Positions 1 to 12,025 of a stretch of DNA of 64,000 nt are shown here, piece after piece. Every line of letters starts with the position of its first letter. The first letter of the stretch is position 1. This DNA is from Tubiluchus corallicola (lineage: Eukaryota; Animalia; Priapulida): positions 558,001 to 622,000 of the forward strand of contig JAQGDQ010000041.1 in assembly GCA_030141605.1 (NCBI GenBank). Direction: 5' to 3'. The position numbers were made by a program, and so were the translations under genes. The notes below the pieces were generated by a model that was not told the DNA's origin, ran no database searches, and saw only the letters and a list, made by a program, of their open reading frames with translations.

Positions 1-83
1 TGCATGACATGTGGCCGGGGTTTTATAAGATGTCACCTGCTGCAGACGGGTGCCATTGTTTGTCTCCACTTCTGATTGTGCTG
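1..83 (-). CDS. Candidate internal exon of the ZEB/zfh1 gene, truncated by the window edge
   Basis: Minus-strand acceptor ttgcctttcatTAG/CAG (tandem NAGNAG; exon starts at 83 or 80). It is phase 1 and open to position 1: (A)QSEVETNNGTRLQQVTSYKTPATCHA. The phase fits the ZEB exon-1 donor. Assignment to ZEB rests on position and phase only; no motif was recognised. Confidence 0.45.
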
Positions 84-745
84 CTAATGAAAGGCAAATA
101 CACAAGACAAAAACCCTTGATTGAACCTATTAAACTGCTTTTAAATGCTAGACAGTTTCGTGCTTTCTCTGTATAACATTCAGGTAGAATAGGTTCCATT
201 TTAACATAAAATGCAGTTTCCTATATACAATAAGTACATATGGCACGCAAATAGATAAGTATAAATAATTTAATATATATGTATATATAAATATATTTAT
301 GAACAGTATCTTCTACACGTTATACACTGCTTTAGGAATAGACACTTTTTAATTAAATTTGTGTCTTACAAAAATCTTGGAGTACAGTACTTAACAAAAA
401 TGTGAAGACAAATTAGAATTAGTATAGCTGTATTTAGGTACATTTTTGCGGCTGTCTAATAAATTTCAAAACCATTATTTTAAATTTAGTATAAATTTAA
501 AAACGTGGGAATGTAGGCAACGTCTCATTTTGAAACAAAGCAACGTTTCAAAGCATTATTTGATAGACATATTTAGCAAAGAAGCAATGAATGCATGTAT
601 GTGCGCCGTTGTTTCTTGTATTAACAAGCCTTCTAGGGCTGCAGGTAACCGGAAACCGCACGGACCACCTGAGGGGCTAAAGTTATAAACTTCCGGTGCT
701 TCTGCAAATATATTTTACCTGTGTTCCTGCACGTAAAGTTCACTT

Positions 746-774
746 CCTCTCTTTCTCTCTCTCTCTCTCTCTCT
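746..774. repeat. (CT)n microsatellite
   Basis: Direct read: ctctctttctctctctctctctctctct. Confidence 0.9.
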
Positions 775-2130
775 ACACGTCAGAAAAATATCTCTAGGCG
801 CCCTTGAACAACAACGCGGCCACGTAACGTTTAACCTCTGCTAGTAACATCATCTCTAAAAATAAATAGCTATGAACTTCAGACCATGCATATACCTTGG
901 CAGACTTTATTTCCTTATAAAATATAGGACATTCTCGAACTGCCCACGAAATAGAGCTATTGGCAATAAAACCATAATATATTTCTTCTATTTCTCTGTG
1001 GCAGGTGGGCCAGGCACACTTATCCCTCCAAACTACAAGCTATACAGCTTAATCAAGTGACTAATCTTAGGTAGCCGCGTGCTCTATCCCTTGAGGTCAC
1101 AACTTCAACTTTATGAAGTGTAATGCTGAGTAATTAACAAATATTACGTGTGTTTAATAACCTGCATTGACATGTGACACTATATTTGTCATGTATAGAC
1201 TAAATCTACACAATTTGCAGAAACATTTTAACATGATTTGCACAGCAATCAGAGTGAACTGGGATTAATTTTTAACTAAAACAATCTATTTTGTCTTTTT
1301 TGTTTTAATATTTTTTAAGTTTATAATTATATAGTTTCCTAATGAAAATCAATAAGCGGATAGCTAAAAATGTTGCTACATACAAAGCACACAATGCAAA
1401 AATTCAATTGCATTGAACGCATTGTCATAAAAAGAAAAAAAGACAGTTAACGACCTTATTCACACATGGCAAAAACACTTTAAATTCCTACTTAGAGAGA
1501 GAATATATATTTCTCAAAGTATAATTAATGTTTAATACATATAAATTAAAAATCCGAGAATAGGTTTTATGGTGCACATGTGGGAGTCGCCCGGGGGAGT
1601 GGCAGAATATGGCTTGCAAAAATAGACTCACAGGTGGTGGATTTTGTTAGACTAAATTACAGCCTATATGTAAGTATAGCTTGAGGGCGGCACATGACAT
1701 AGATTAGTACCTAGATAGCATAACGTTTTAAATTAATGGGCAAGCAGCAGAAAAATTAGCCTTACAGGTAGGCTGGTTTGTAGTGATTAAATGGTACAAT
1801 TATCAAGCGGTCATAGTAATTTATAAACAGTGGATGTTCTTGTAGGGACTGTTAATTAAGGCTCTGGCAAAATTATAGTTGACATTAGCCTATATTAGTC
1901 CAAAACAATTCTTGTAGATAACGGCATCAGTGTTATAAACGCTTATTTTAATAATATATACAAGACACGTATCGCCACTTTGCCGAGAAAGTAATTTTTA
2001 AAAGGCTAGCGCCTTTTTATTTTTGCAAAGAGTAAGTCTGTTTTAGCTAAACAACTAAGCTTTTAGGCATTTTAACTATAGTACAATTTTGTAATATCAG
2101 CAAAAAGTTCGCTAAAAACAAAAATGAAAA

Positions 2131-2180
2131 TTTATGAGAATATGAGAATATTATGAGAATATACTTATTATGAGAACATT
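2131..2180. repeat. Short imperfect tandem repeat of ATGAGAAT/ATGAGAAC
   Basis: Four copies of tatgagaa with short spacers. Confidence 0.7.
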
Positions 2181-4199
2181 AGTAACAATTATTCTGGTGC
2201 TTTCCTTCACGATTTTACTCAAAACTCACAGATTTTACATACATCTCACTGTGATGCCACGCACACACTATCATGCACAAGAAACAGTAAAGTAAATTGC
2301 TTACACAATGGCTTACCTGTCTTGTGTAGGCCCTTAAATGTTGCTATTGCCTACACGATTGAATTTACAACAAACTACGTCTATGATGTGACTAAAACTA
2401 AAAGTCGGAAACTAAATGATTAAAAACACCAGCCGAAATATAGCACTAGTTTTATATTTACTAATTGCAGTTCACACCTAAATCAGGTCCTAATGCGTGT
2501 ATCACTTCAACCACGTTTATCTGAAACTCATCGAAAGCCAACTGTTCAAGTTAAATTTTCTATGAGTTATCTCATCTATGAATGATAAACTAAACTCAGG
2601 TACAACAGCGATAGTTTATGACAGTTTTTCACATGCATAACACAGGAAAGGTGCGCGCCTGACGTTTCCTGGCACCAGGTACACCACCACAGACATGGTT
2701 AATAATGACTCACCTGAGAATGTTTTGCTATTTGTCTACTGTATACTTGCATTACACAACAATCATTATTTGAATTATAATAAACGAAATTTCGAAATAA
2801 ACGAGTGCCAAAGATGTTTTCCAACAAAATTTACTTAATAAAAATAAAGATTCTTCAAAGTAAAAAAACGTTGAGCCTTTAGGTGTAAAGTATGATATCA
2901 GAATAAGATTAGCTCGAAAAATTTAGGCCGAATTGTGTACATAATTAAGCAACATCAAGTTAAAAAGTAACGTCTAGCAATGGTATTGAAAACCTACGCT
3001 AATTCCAACGAAACCGGACCATACCCCAATAAAAATTATAATTATCAGCAAGTATACGCATTCATGTCGGAAAATAGTCTTACAGACTAATGTTCTTTGT
3101 ACTGCAAACCTACGTTAAAATAAAGTAACCTGTCACTATATCAGCGGATAGACGTTAAAAGATTGCTTGCGTGGGTCCATGAATTACAAAAAAGATATGA
3201 GTGTATATAATATGGCTTATCACTTATCAGCTAGTTATAAGTCACAACGAGCTTCAGTAAAAAATGTATCAGTTTGAATGCGTGCTATGTAAGTTTCGAC
3301 AAGTGTTTTACTCTAAATAAAGAAACCCAAAACACATGCAGCAGTCTCCAGACTATTTTGGGCAATTTTGGGGGTTATAGTGGTACCTACTAAAGCGTGA
3401 TGAATGTACCATCTCGTATGAGTTTAACTTTCACTAAAATTTTACCGCAGGACATATTAACGGTGCACTAATTAACTTTGCAATTAAACACAGTTAATTA
3501 GTAACCTCGTCTGACAAAGACTGCATCTTCTGAGATAGAGTAACATGTGGCAATCACATCCTATTCAAAACCTTCATCCAAGGGCTTGTTTACACAAGCT
3601 ACCTGCTTCAGTGTGAACAAAGATCCTCTGTCAAGCTTTTGTTTGTCGAGAGTGAATGAAGAGGGCGCTCTGAAAGCCTGTTGGCTTGATTCACAGGCCA
3701 GCAGCCTGCTGCTGCTGTTTGTACAAAAAGCTGCTGGATGTAAGATGTTCTATGAGCAACAACAGTGAGCATTATCTATGGCTTCACAAACAGCGGCACG
3801 AATCACAGCACGTGCTTTAATACCTGTTGTCCTAAAATTTAAAACCTAATAGCTAATTCCTGATGTGAACTTACCAATTTTACGGAGAATGTTTATGAAA
3901 CTTTAACAGTTTAATTACAACAGATTAACTTGTAAATGCATTTACTGGCACCATAAACAATATTAACGGGGGTGGGTGTAAAGATGTGTTCATTATTCAA
4001 AATCAATTTGGCAGTTCCTAACCTCGATCGTGCGAACTTACCAATATCAGTAACTCCGCCATGTTGCCAATTTTACTGCAACCAAACAATTATGCTTTTA
4101 AAAGAACTTTGTGCCTGGTGTCTTCAATAGTTTCACAAAAGTACTTATGAAGCCAACCCAAAATATATGCAATGATAAATCAATTATAAATTTCTCAAC

Positions 4200-4409
4200 C
4201 ATGATCATAACAATATGTACAAGCACATGTTTCTATTGAATTTATTTTTTGCTTGTTTTTGTCGCTACTCAGTGCCTGTGTTGCTAGCTTATTGTTTGCA
4301 TTATATTTCACTGTCTGATTGTCACTGCTGTCACAATTGCTGCCGCTGTCGCCGCAAATACGTTCGCTGTTTCCAGTTTCAGATAAAAAGGTGTCGCCGT
4401 GCAAGAATA
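4200..4409 (-). CDS. Candidate ZEB exon 2 (210 nt, phase 1-1)
   Basis: tctcag|TA...CATG|gttgag. Open frame (V)FLHGDTFLSETGNSERICGDSGSNCDSSDNQ...CACTYCYDH. Joining to exon 1 gives RRKN-V as in vertebrate ZEB2. Both splice sites are weak and no homology was recognised. Confidence 0.35.
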
Positions 4410-7400
4410 CTGAGACATGTTTCTCTTACTTCAGGGACACAGAAACGCTATGATTGCATCAATGCAGTGATGAATATTACCCAAGGGAGCAATGCCAACT
4501 TCTCCAATCAACTCTAATGCAAGCCACAAAACCAAATGTTTCCGATTTTACTTGGCTTCATTTCTCATATTGGCTGATAGGGGGCGTTCATTTGTTTGTA
4601 CGTTGACCTGCATTGAACCGTTTTGAAGACTGAAATCATATTCAAGACCTGCGCTGGCGGCTAAAATCGTATCAAAGTATGGTTCAGGTATTTTACGCTC
4701 AGTACAAAGTTAAGGCAGTGAATGTAGTTGGAGTTGTTATTCTGAGATGTATAAAGAAGTAAAAAAACGAATCTAAGTTTTTACACAGTTCGGTTTTGCA
4801 TACACGCAAGCTACCATCCAACACTCGACGGTCTATTACTGATGGGTCCAAAAATTAGCTCACTAATCAAGTGTTTCTCAGGATAATCCTCTCTAAGTGA
4901 TGTGAACAGAACTAGTAACCAATTCAGTGAAATAGCTGCAATTCGTGATGTGACCGATTTAAGTGGCAAAATTTATACATGACGGTTGGTAATCACAACT
5001 GCCTCAAGGTTCATGTGTATACACGGCGTCCGGCTTCCTATACCGATTAGCCAGACAACATCCCATGGCTTCGTTGCCAATACCAATCTGGGTGATTGAC
5101 CTATCCGTCAGTAAAGCTTGACCCTTCTACCAATAACATTTTGTATTATCACACATAAACAGCATAATGAGATAACAATTGAATTTCCAATTAGTGCAAA
5201 CTCCATCGTTAGTGTTTATAAACATAAACAAAGCGTTGAAGAAAGTGTAAACAAAAACAACCCGTTGAAGAAAAGCTTCCTACGTCTTGAGAAATTGGTT
5301 CAAAACAGAATTCCACAAACGTTATGCATTCTTAACAGTTGGGACACTTGATACCGCTATGTACATACCTGAAACTCATATGCTTTTAGCAAATTAACCA
5401 AATTTTGCTTTTTTATTAAGATAAGATAAGAATGTTTATACCACAATGCATAACACCAATAAAATACATCTAAAAATGGTCTCATTTTAAATATAAATTA
5501 GATAACATTGTGAGGGGACGAAGGAGCAGGCTACCTAGCCGTCCCCCAGAGCAATTATTACACAGTAATTTATGTAGTTTGAACAATTCATTACATACTA
5601 GATTTGGACTAGTATACAATTATTATGAGTATAGAATTACTTTTCATTAGAAATAGGTTTGGACGGTTAAAATCTACACATCTAACTTTTTGGTCGTTTT
5701 TCTGAATACTTATTTTCTATATTTAAACGAACTTATCTATCACAATTTTTATTTATTAATTGTATACAATGTATACTTCTGAAATATTGATGCACTGAAG
5801 AAGTTTGACTTCTACAAAAGCATTTAGCCATTAGATGCGCCAGGTGACGGTGCATTAATTCGGGACATTACGTTGAATATTTTCTTGGTTGTAGCTTGTT
5901 GACAGGGATTTTGAAAGAACGGGGCCATTTGGCTGCCACATGGCTACACAAAACCACAATCCACGCAAGCCAACCCCCTTTAGTCTCCTTACTCAATTTA
6001 TTACCTTCAAGGGAGTCAGTATGAAAAGAGAAAATAGGCCAAGTGCAACTGCGTAGATAAAGCTAAGTTAACTATTATCAACTACCATTTAACATAAACC
6101 GTAAAATGTTAACATAGTGTTTAAATTTCTCTATTTAATTCTCTCAAAAAAATTATCTTCATAGTGTAAACTGAAAGTCTAGTGAGGGACAGGCTAAGAT
6201 AAGCAATTAACAATAAAATGACAGTCTCAGGATTGCTAGTTTGTGTTCAAATTAAGTTCTGAACACAGTTTTAACACTGAACACTGTCACACTGCTACAA
6301 ATTATTATTATTACTTTGCTATACTTCATTATGATATACCGTTGAGTTTATATATTGCGAAGTAGTTCACAATATTTTATTCACTAACAGCAATAGTAAA
6401 AACTAAGACACTTTAGACTCCTAAGACACATTTAACAACTTCTTTTCAAGTAATTTCCATCGCACAAATATAATCGTTAACATCAAAACTATAATAGTTA
6501 CTAATGACACATTAATTTTAATGCATTCTTCACATCATATGCTATGGTTACTCATGAATGACAAAGTGTAAACAAATTTTCAACATCATACTAGCATACA
6601 AGTAGTTATCTATAATAACTGTAGTTTTACAATTGCAAATGCTTCTCTTAAAAAGAAGAAAATTGTAATTTTGTAACATGATATCTTATTTAAATTGATG
6701 TGTACAACATTATATCATAGTAATTGCTTAATTTTCAACAAATGTCTTGTCATTCATGAACAAGTGATGATTAGTCAATTTCGATAAATTATGAACTATA
6801 AAATGAATTTCATGCTAAATGTAAGTGTTTTTATGTAATGTTGAAATAAGGCATACTCGTTGTTAAGAAAACTTCTTGAAAAAAATAAACTTAATCGTTT
6901 TATGAAATTGATAAAAGGGCAAAAAATATTAGTAAATGTGTATTAAGAAAATTTGTACATGCATACCGGTTACTAAAACATATATACCTACCTAGGCTAG
7001 TAGCTATCTATAATATTCTTGCATTTTTACCACTCATTGCAATGATGCATTTGTTTTGGATTCTTCATTTTTAATCAGTATTCATTCATTCAGAGGTTTC
7101 ATAATTATTAGAGCCTCTTCTAAAGCAGTCTTGCTTTCAACATTCACTGAAAATAACTTGGACATTTTTCTGTTCTGTTCCACCCTATTCTATTTCATTC
7201 TATTCCAGTTGTCTCTCCCATGTTACGAATATGTTAAAAACTACATGTCCGTATACACAATTTTATACGTACATTAAATAAAAAACTTGATTATTAATAC
7301 ACAATATGTCTGTGTATCACATCTTTTAATCTTATTATTTTAATTATCTTTGAACTGAATCTGCTAATAATTATTCAGAAGCTATTATGAAACTAATATT

Positions 7401-8045
7401 GGCTAGACAATATGCAAACAATAATTTAAACTCCTTAAATTTTAAAATAAAATTAGATAATTATTGGGCAGGATAGAGCCAAAAAATTCAAATGTCCAGC
7501 TGCATGACACGTATTATGGTAGGCTTCAGCAGTCTTGCAACTCACAACGCGTTCGCGAGCGCCACTTTCCAGCAAACATACTTACTGACGAGTGACGACA
7601 ATACCAAGAAATTAAATAAAAAAGTCAGACAGTGCCACGAGTTTCCCCGGTGTTAAACCAAAGCTATTCAAAATTGAAATTTATAACGAACTTAAAATGC
7701 TTCTCGCCGACGTCTGCCTAAACAGACGAACGTGTACAGTTCACGTGTAACTATGTTGGCTCAGCTACGCATAATGCATGCATAAGGCTTAATTCGGGTT
7801 TAGCAAGTAGACGAGATGATTTTTTACAATGAAAGGCAGTGAAAATTATTTATGTCTTGAAAAATTATGAATTTGTATTCCGATTTTTTTCAAATAGACG
7901 CTCAGGTAAGTGTACCCAGGTGAGACACCTCAACGTAAACATGTGAATTAGCACAAAAGCGTTTAAATTGTCGCTAAAATACATAATCAACTAATAGTCT
8001 AAATAACAGTGCGTCGTTTGAACAAAAAGTATTTTTCAAACTTAC

Positions 8046-8127
8046 CGTTTTTTCGTCGTGGATTTGCCTGTTTTCTCCGTGTACACCTGAGGCCGTTTTC
8101 TGCCATGTTTGCATGATTTCTACTCAT
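8046..8127 (-). CDS. ZEB: First coding exon of ZEB/zfh1 (zinc finger E-box-binding homeobox); the rest of the gene lies left of the window
   Basis: Translates MSRNHANMAENGLRCTRRKQANPRRKN followed by G|gtaagt (ATGs at 8127 and 8106). This matches the vertebrate ZEB1/ZEB2 N-terminus MADGPRCKRRKQANPRR(N/K)NV, including the RRKQxxP NuRD-interaction motif and the phase-1 intron directly after it. Confidence 0.85.
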
Positions 8128-8137
8128 CCCGCTAGGC

Positions 8138-8146
8138 GCGCATGCG
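8138..8146. promoter_or_regulatory. NRF1/ewg-like GCGCATGCG motif in a CpG-rich patch just upstream of the ZEB ATG
   Basis: ggcGCGCATGCGtcgcc in otherwise AT-rich DNA. Function is inferred from the motif only. Confidence 0.3.
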
Positions 8147-11100
8147 TCGCCACCGTCCAAAAACGTGACCGAACTCTCGGATGCTAAGGAGGAAGCAGTA
8201 ATCACTAATATTTCTGTACGCAACTTTGAACGTCACGAAAGTTATTGTAGCACAAATTTATAGCTAATTCACCATTTACAGCATAATGTAACAGAAAGAT
8301 ATACTTTATTTTAACTCTTCAAAAAGTAATAATCGCGTCATTAATTCTAGAAAAAATAGTAGGTGCTTTAAATTCAATCGCTACTATCCGAGTCATAGAG
8401 CGCTGTTTCACAAGAGCTTCCAATCCTACTTCGTCAGTGTCTTCTCTTAAAATAGCGTTCACCTTCTTGCGGGGAATCAGCAACCATACGTAAAGCTCGT
8501 CCCCGTTTTGCACCTATCGGGTTACGACCCTCGGCAGGGGCTGTATTCTCCTCAAGTTGCTTCTGTGCTGCACAGTTACTCACGGGTAGTGAAACCAAGT
8601 TTGTTTTGCTAGTTAAAATGAATGTGATGACAGCCCTTTTAAGTTTCAACCTATAGTGCTACGGCCCCCGTTGTTGTCACCGAATCCCAAAATTTTAGTT
8701 TTTGGAATTCTTGGCCATTCGCGATAATAATACAAAAGTTTCGCTGAAAATGTATCGAAAACACAAGCGTCCATAAACGGTCCATTGAACTTGATGCTGT
8801 TCACTGCTAAACAAAAATAATACTAATAAATTAAACTTCTTGGTGTGCGCGCACTGCACTCGAATTTAATGGTGAATGGTGTGGTAAAGCATTTCTTATC
8901 TCTTAACACGAAAAATTAATAACTTGTTAATGTTAGTTATTAATGAATTAAAAACTTCAATTAACTGTATCAGGGTGCTCAAGTCAATTTAAGCCATATA
9001 AATAGGCAAGTTTTTACAGTGACAGCAAATACTGAAAAACATAAAAAACTGTAGTTGACTTGACATCACTACCCATGGGTATAATCACTATTAATCAAAG
9101 AATTATAACATAAAGATAGGTGCTTAATGTAGGTTTAACGGCTTTAAATTGATGCATCAAATTTAGGCTCTAATGCAAAACGTTTAAACGCATGCATGGC
9201 ATCTAACATAAAATCTCGCTATTAAATGTGCCGCCAATGACTCTTTAGTTACCTCTAAAGTGGTTTGTAGAAATGAAGTTTAGTCGGCATGGCTTCAGCG
9301 ACTTTATAGTTATGTAGAACAAAAAATTCGGACGACCGTTCCAAGTCTCCGGACGCTATCTGCATGTGTAGGTGCGGCCGAGGGGCATCTCCTGTGACGT
9401 GTGCTGATTGCATCATATAAATCTCGCTACTCTATACAGCCCTAGGCCTATTGCAGCATGCTGCGCGTGTGCTGAAAAAATATTGCAACGACTCCTACAT
9501 GCTTAAAAATACACGTGAAAAATGTGCAATTTAGGAATGCTGCTTGTATAAAATACATTAAAAAATTTCTAATTCCGAAAGGAAATTAGAAGTCAGTGAG
9601 AACTGAAACATTTGAATTCACTCATTTATCAACCAACGAACTTACACGAATTTAATAAATTTTAGAGACGTCTGTCTTACATAGCTATACTATTTTTCAA
9701 TGCCTTGAAAGGGTTTAGTGATCCTGACCTCTTCCTTTTTCTCTTTTAATCCGTCCTGCACAAGAGACGCTTCCACTTTTTTTAATTATCATTTTAGCAA
9801 CTTCCTAACATGAACTGGGCCAGCGAAATGCTCTCCTTACAAATATGGTGAATAACGTACGTGCATTTAAAAGAAAAGCTGAGAATTCACAACAAACAAT
9901 TTTAAAACAAATTATTGTTTTTGCTGCAGAATATAATCAAGTAATAGTGTAATATGCATGATCTTTGTGAGACCGACCGTATTTTATCAATGGTTCGAAA
10001 ACCTTTAAAGCTGGATTCGAGTTCGAAAGTTGCAAATTTCTGGTAGAAAATGTTCACGGTTAGTGAACAGCGGGACGTCAATGGAGTTTTGATAATAATA
10101 AGCACGATTTTGACTTGCTAGACATTGCAATTGGAAACGGCAGCGGTGCACCGGTAATACCACATGAGCATAACGTAGTCGTGAAACGTTGCAGTCACTT
10201 GTACGCCGTCGCAGTTAACTCTAAGAATTGTGTAAATTGTCAGATTTCTTGATGATGAAAAGACTTTTTATATATACAGCCTTTCAAATATTATTTACAT
10301 TGATGATATCGGACATTTCGTCAATATGCTTTCATCTGTTGACTAAATCTTAACGTTGAAAATTCATTACGGATTTTTTATACATTCACTTGCAAATTGC
10401 ACAAACCAGGCTACTGACCTGTTGTATAATAAACGTCTGATAATGTTATACAAAAAATCAAAATCAACGCATAATATAATATAGCAAAATAATTTTGATT
10501 TTTTTTTAATACGAAGGTGCTGCGTGACGACATCGACGTCGACATATGGGGCCCCCAAGCTTTTGAGAGCCCTTGCGAAAAGATTTTCAAATACAATTTT
10601 TTTCTAAGAATGTATGTAACATTTTTCATAAGAATACATTTTAAGAATATTTTTAATGGCAAACAAAACATAGCTATTATACTTTATCTAAATAATTTGC
10701 AACAAGTTTAATTCGAGCTATGCAAATATCGCTAAAATATATCACAAGTAAAAACATTAAAGGCGTGTTCGGGGGGTTGTTCCGTTCGAGGAGCGCCCAT
10801 AGCTTCATTAGCCTAGGGACCCATAACGTCAAAATCATACGACTCTGCATGCTACGCTAAGTTAGGGCCATAAAATTACTTTTAAAGATGTTATTGGGGC
10901 TACATGTTTTAAAATGCACAACACTGAACAGAGTAGAAGTTGTTATTAAAAATGGTTACAACTTGCACTCTACTGTTCGATTAGACAATAGCGTGATACA
11001 ATTTTTTCCCATTTTTCATACTCTAACATACAAGAAATCTTCAGATCCCACATTGACCGTTAGGCGCATCCATTTTAAGGTAAGACAATTGAACTAAGGT

Positions 11101-11678
11101 TACGATAACATTGCATAAAGTTTGAAACAAATAATTACAGCATTCGCAACACAGTCTTCACTTGTCAAAGAGATCTATAATTGCTTTTTGGTGAATTAGT
11201 GGTGCACAGTGGGATAGTGATGCAGTGTAGTTTTACTAGTCGGCGAGAACAATTTAAATTACTAAGAATTTTCTTATCCTATTACATGAATCTTTCAAAC
11301 AATCGTTACATAAGTTTTTGTGTAGAAAGCTTTTTTGTGATATGCCTTATAGTATTTTTAATTCTCAATGCAAAAAATATTAATTATTATACGCCAAGCA
11401 ACGCCAGTTAGTGACCATTTTAGCTTCATTGAGCTTGTTTAGTTTGTTTATTTATTTATTTGTTAAATGATGTGATGAATGAGCAAGTAATAAGGGGATA
11501 AATAAATTCTTAGATAATACACAGATAAAGTTAATGTAAATAAATAAAATATGATTCTATGAATGAATAAACGAATAAACGATTGAAATGATCAAACAAA
11601 TAAAAGATGTATAAACTGATAGTTAAGTAAATAAATAATACAAAGATATAGGCAAACGAAAACACTGTTGATGACAAT

Positions 11679-11699
11679 AACAACAACAACAACAACAAC

Positions 11700-11790
<91 letters not shown>
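11679..11790. repeat. Compound (AAC)n(AAT)n microsatellite about 240 bp upstream of LHPP
   Basis: Direct read. It explains the poly-L, poly-I and poly-Y ORFs in the track. Confidence 0.97.
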
Positions 11791-11791
<1 letters not shown>

Positions 11792-12025
11792 ATAAACAAA
11801 CACACCCTGCCTGACACACACACGACGTGAGTTTTTGAATAAGCTGCTTTCAATATTGGTATTGCGCCGTTGGCATTATTATTTCATTTTCTTATTAATT
11901 TAAACCTCCCGCCTAATAATAGTAATTGAGAAGTTGTTTCAATGGCTATTGAACTGGGCGAGAAGGGGCGTTACTTGCAAATATTTTTAAAAAATTGACG
12001 TTAGATGGTGCTAGAAATAGCTAAA

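Noticed and set aside
7020-7260. Minus-strand frame with LEEALIIMKPLNE* reminiscent of a hAT transposase
   Set aside because: Short, with two stops, and the similarity is too weak to call without a search.
8319-8810. Overlapping minus-strand ORFs upstream of ZEB exon 1
   Set aside because: No recognisable homology, and there are stops in all frames across the region. It may be ZEB 5' UTR exon sequence (acceptor near 8804, donor near 8583), but that is unsupported.
10520-10850. GGGGCCCCC / GGGACCC motifs suggesting a MITE
   Set aside because: I could not define convincing TIRs or a TSD.
11531-11853. Poly-Leu/Ile/Tyr ORFs that look like membrane proteins
   Set aside because: They are translations of the (AAC)n(AAT)n microsatellite.
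11942-12004. Upstream in-frame ATG with TGA as a possible readthrough or selenocysteine extension of LHPP
   Set aside because: The TGA is followed two codons later by TAG, so readthrough would not reach LHPP. At most it is a uORF.
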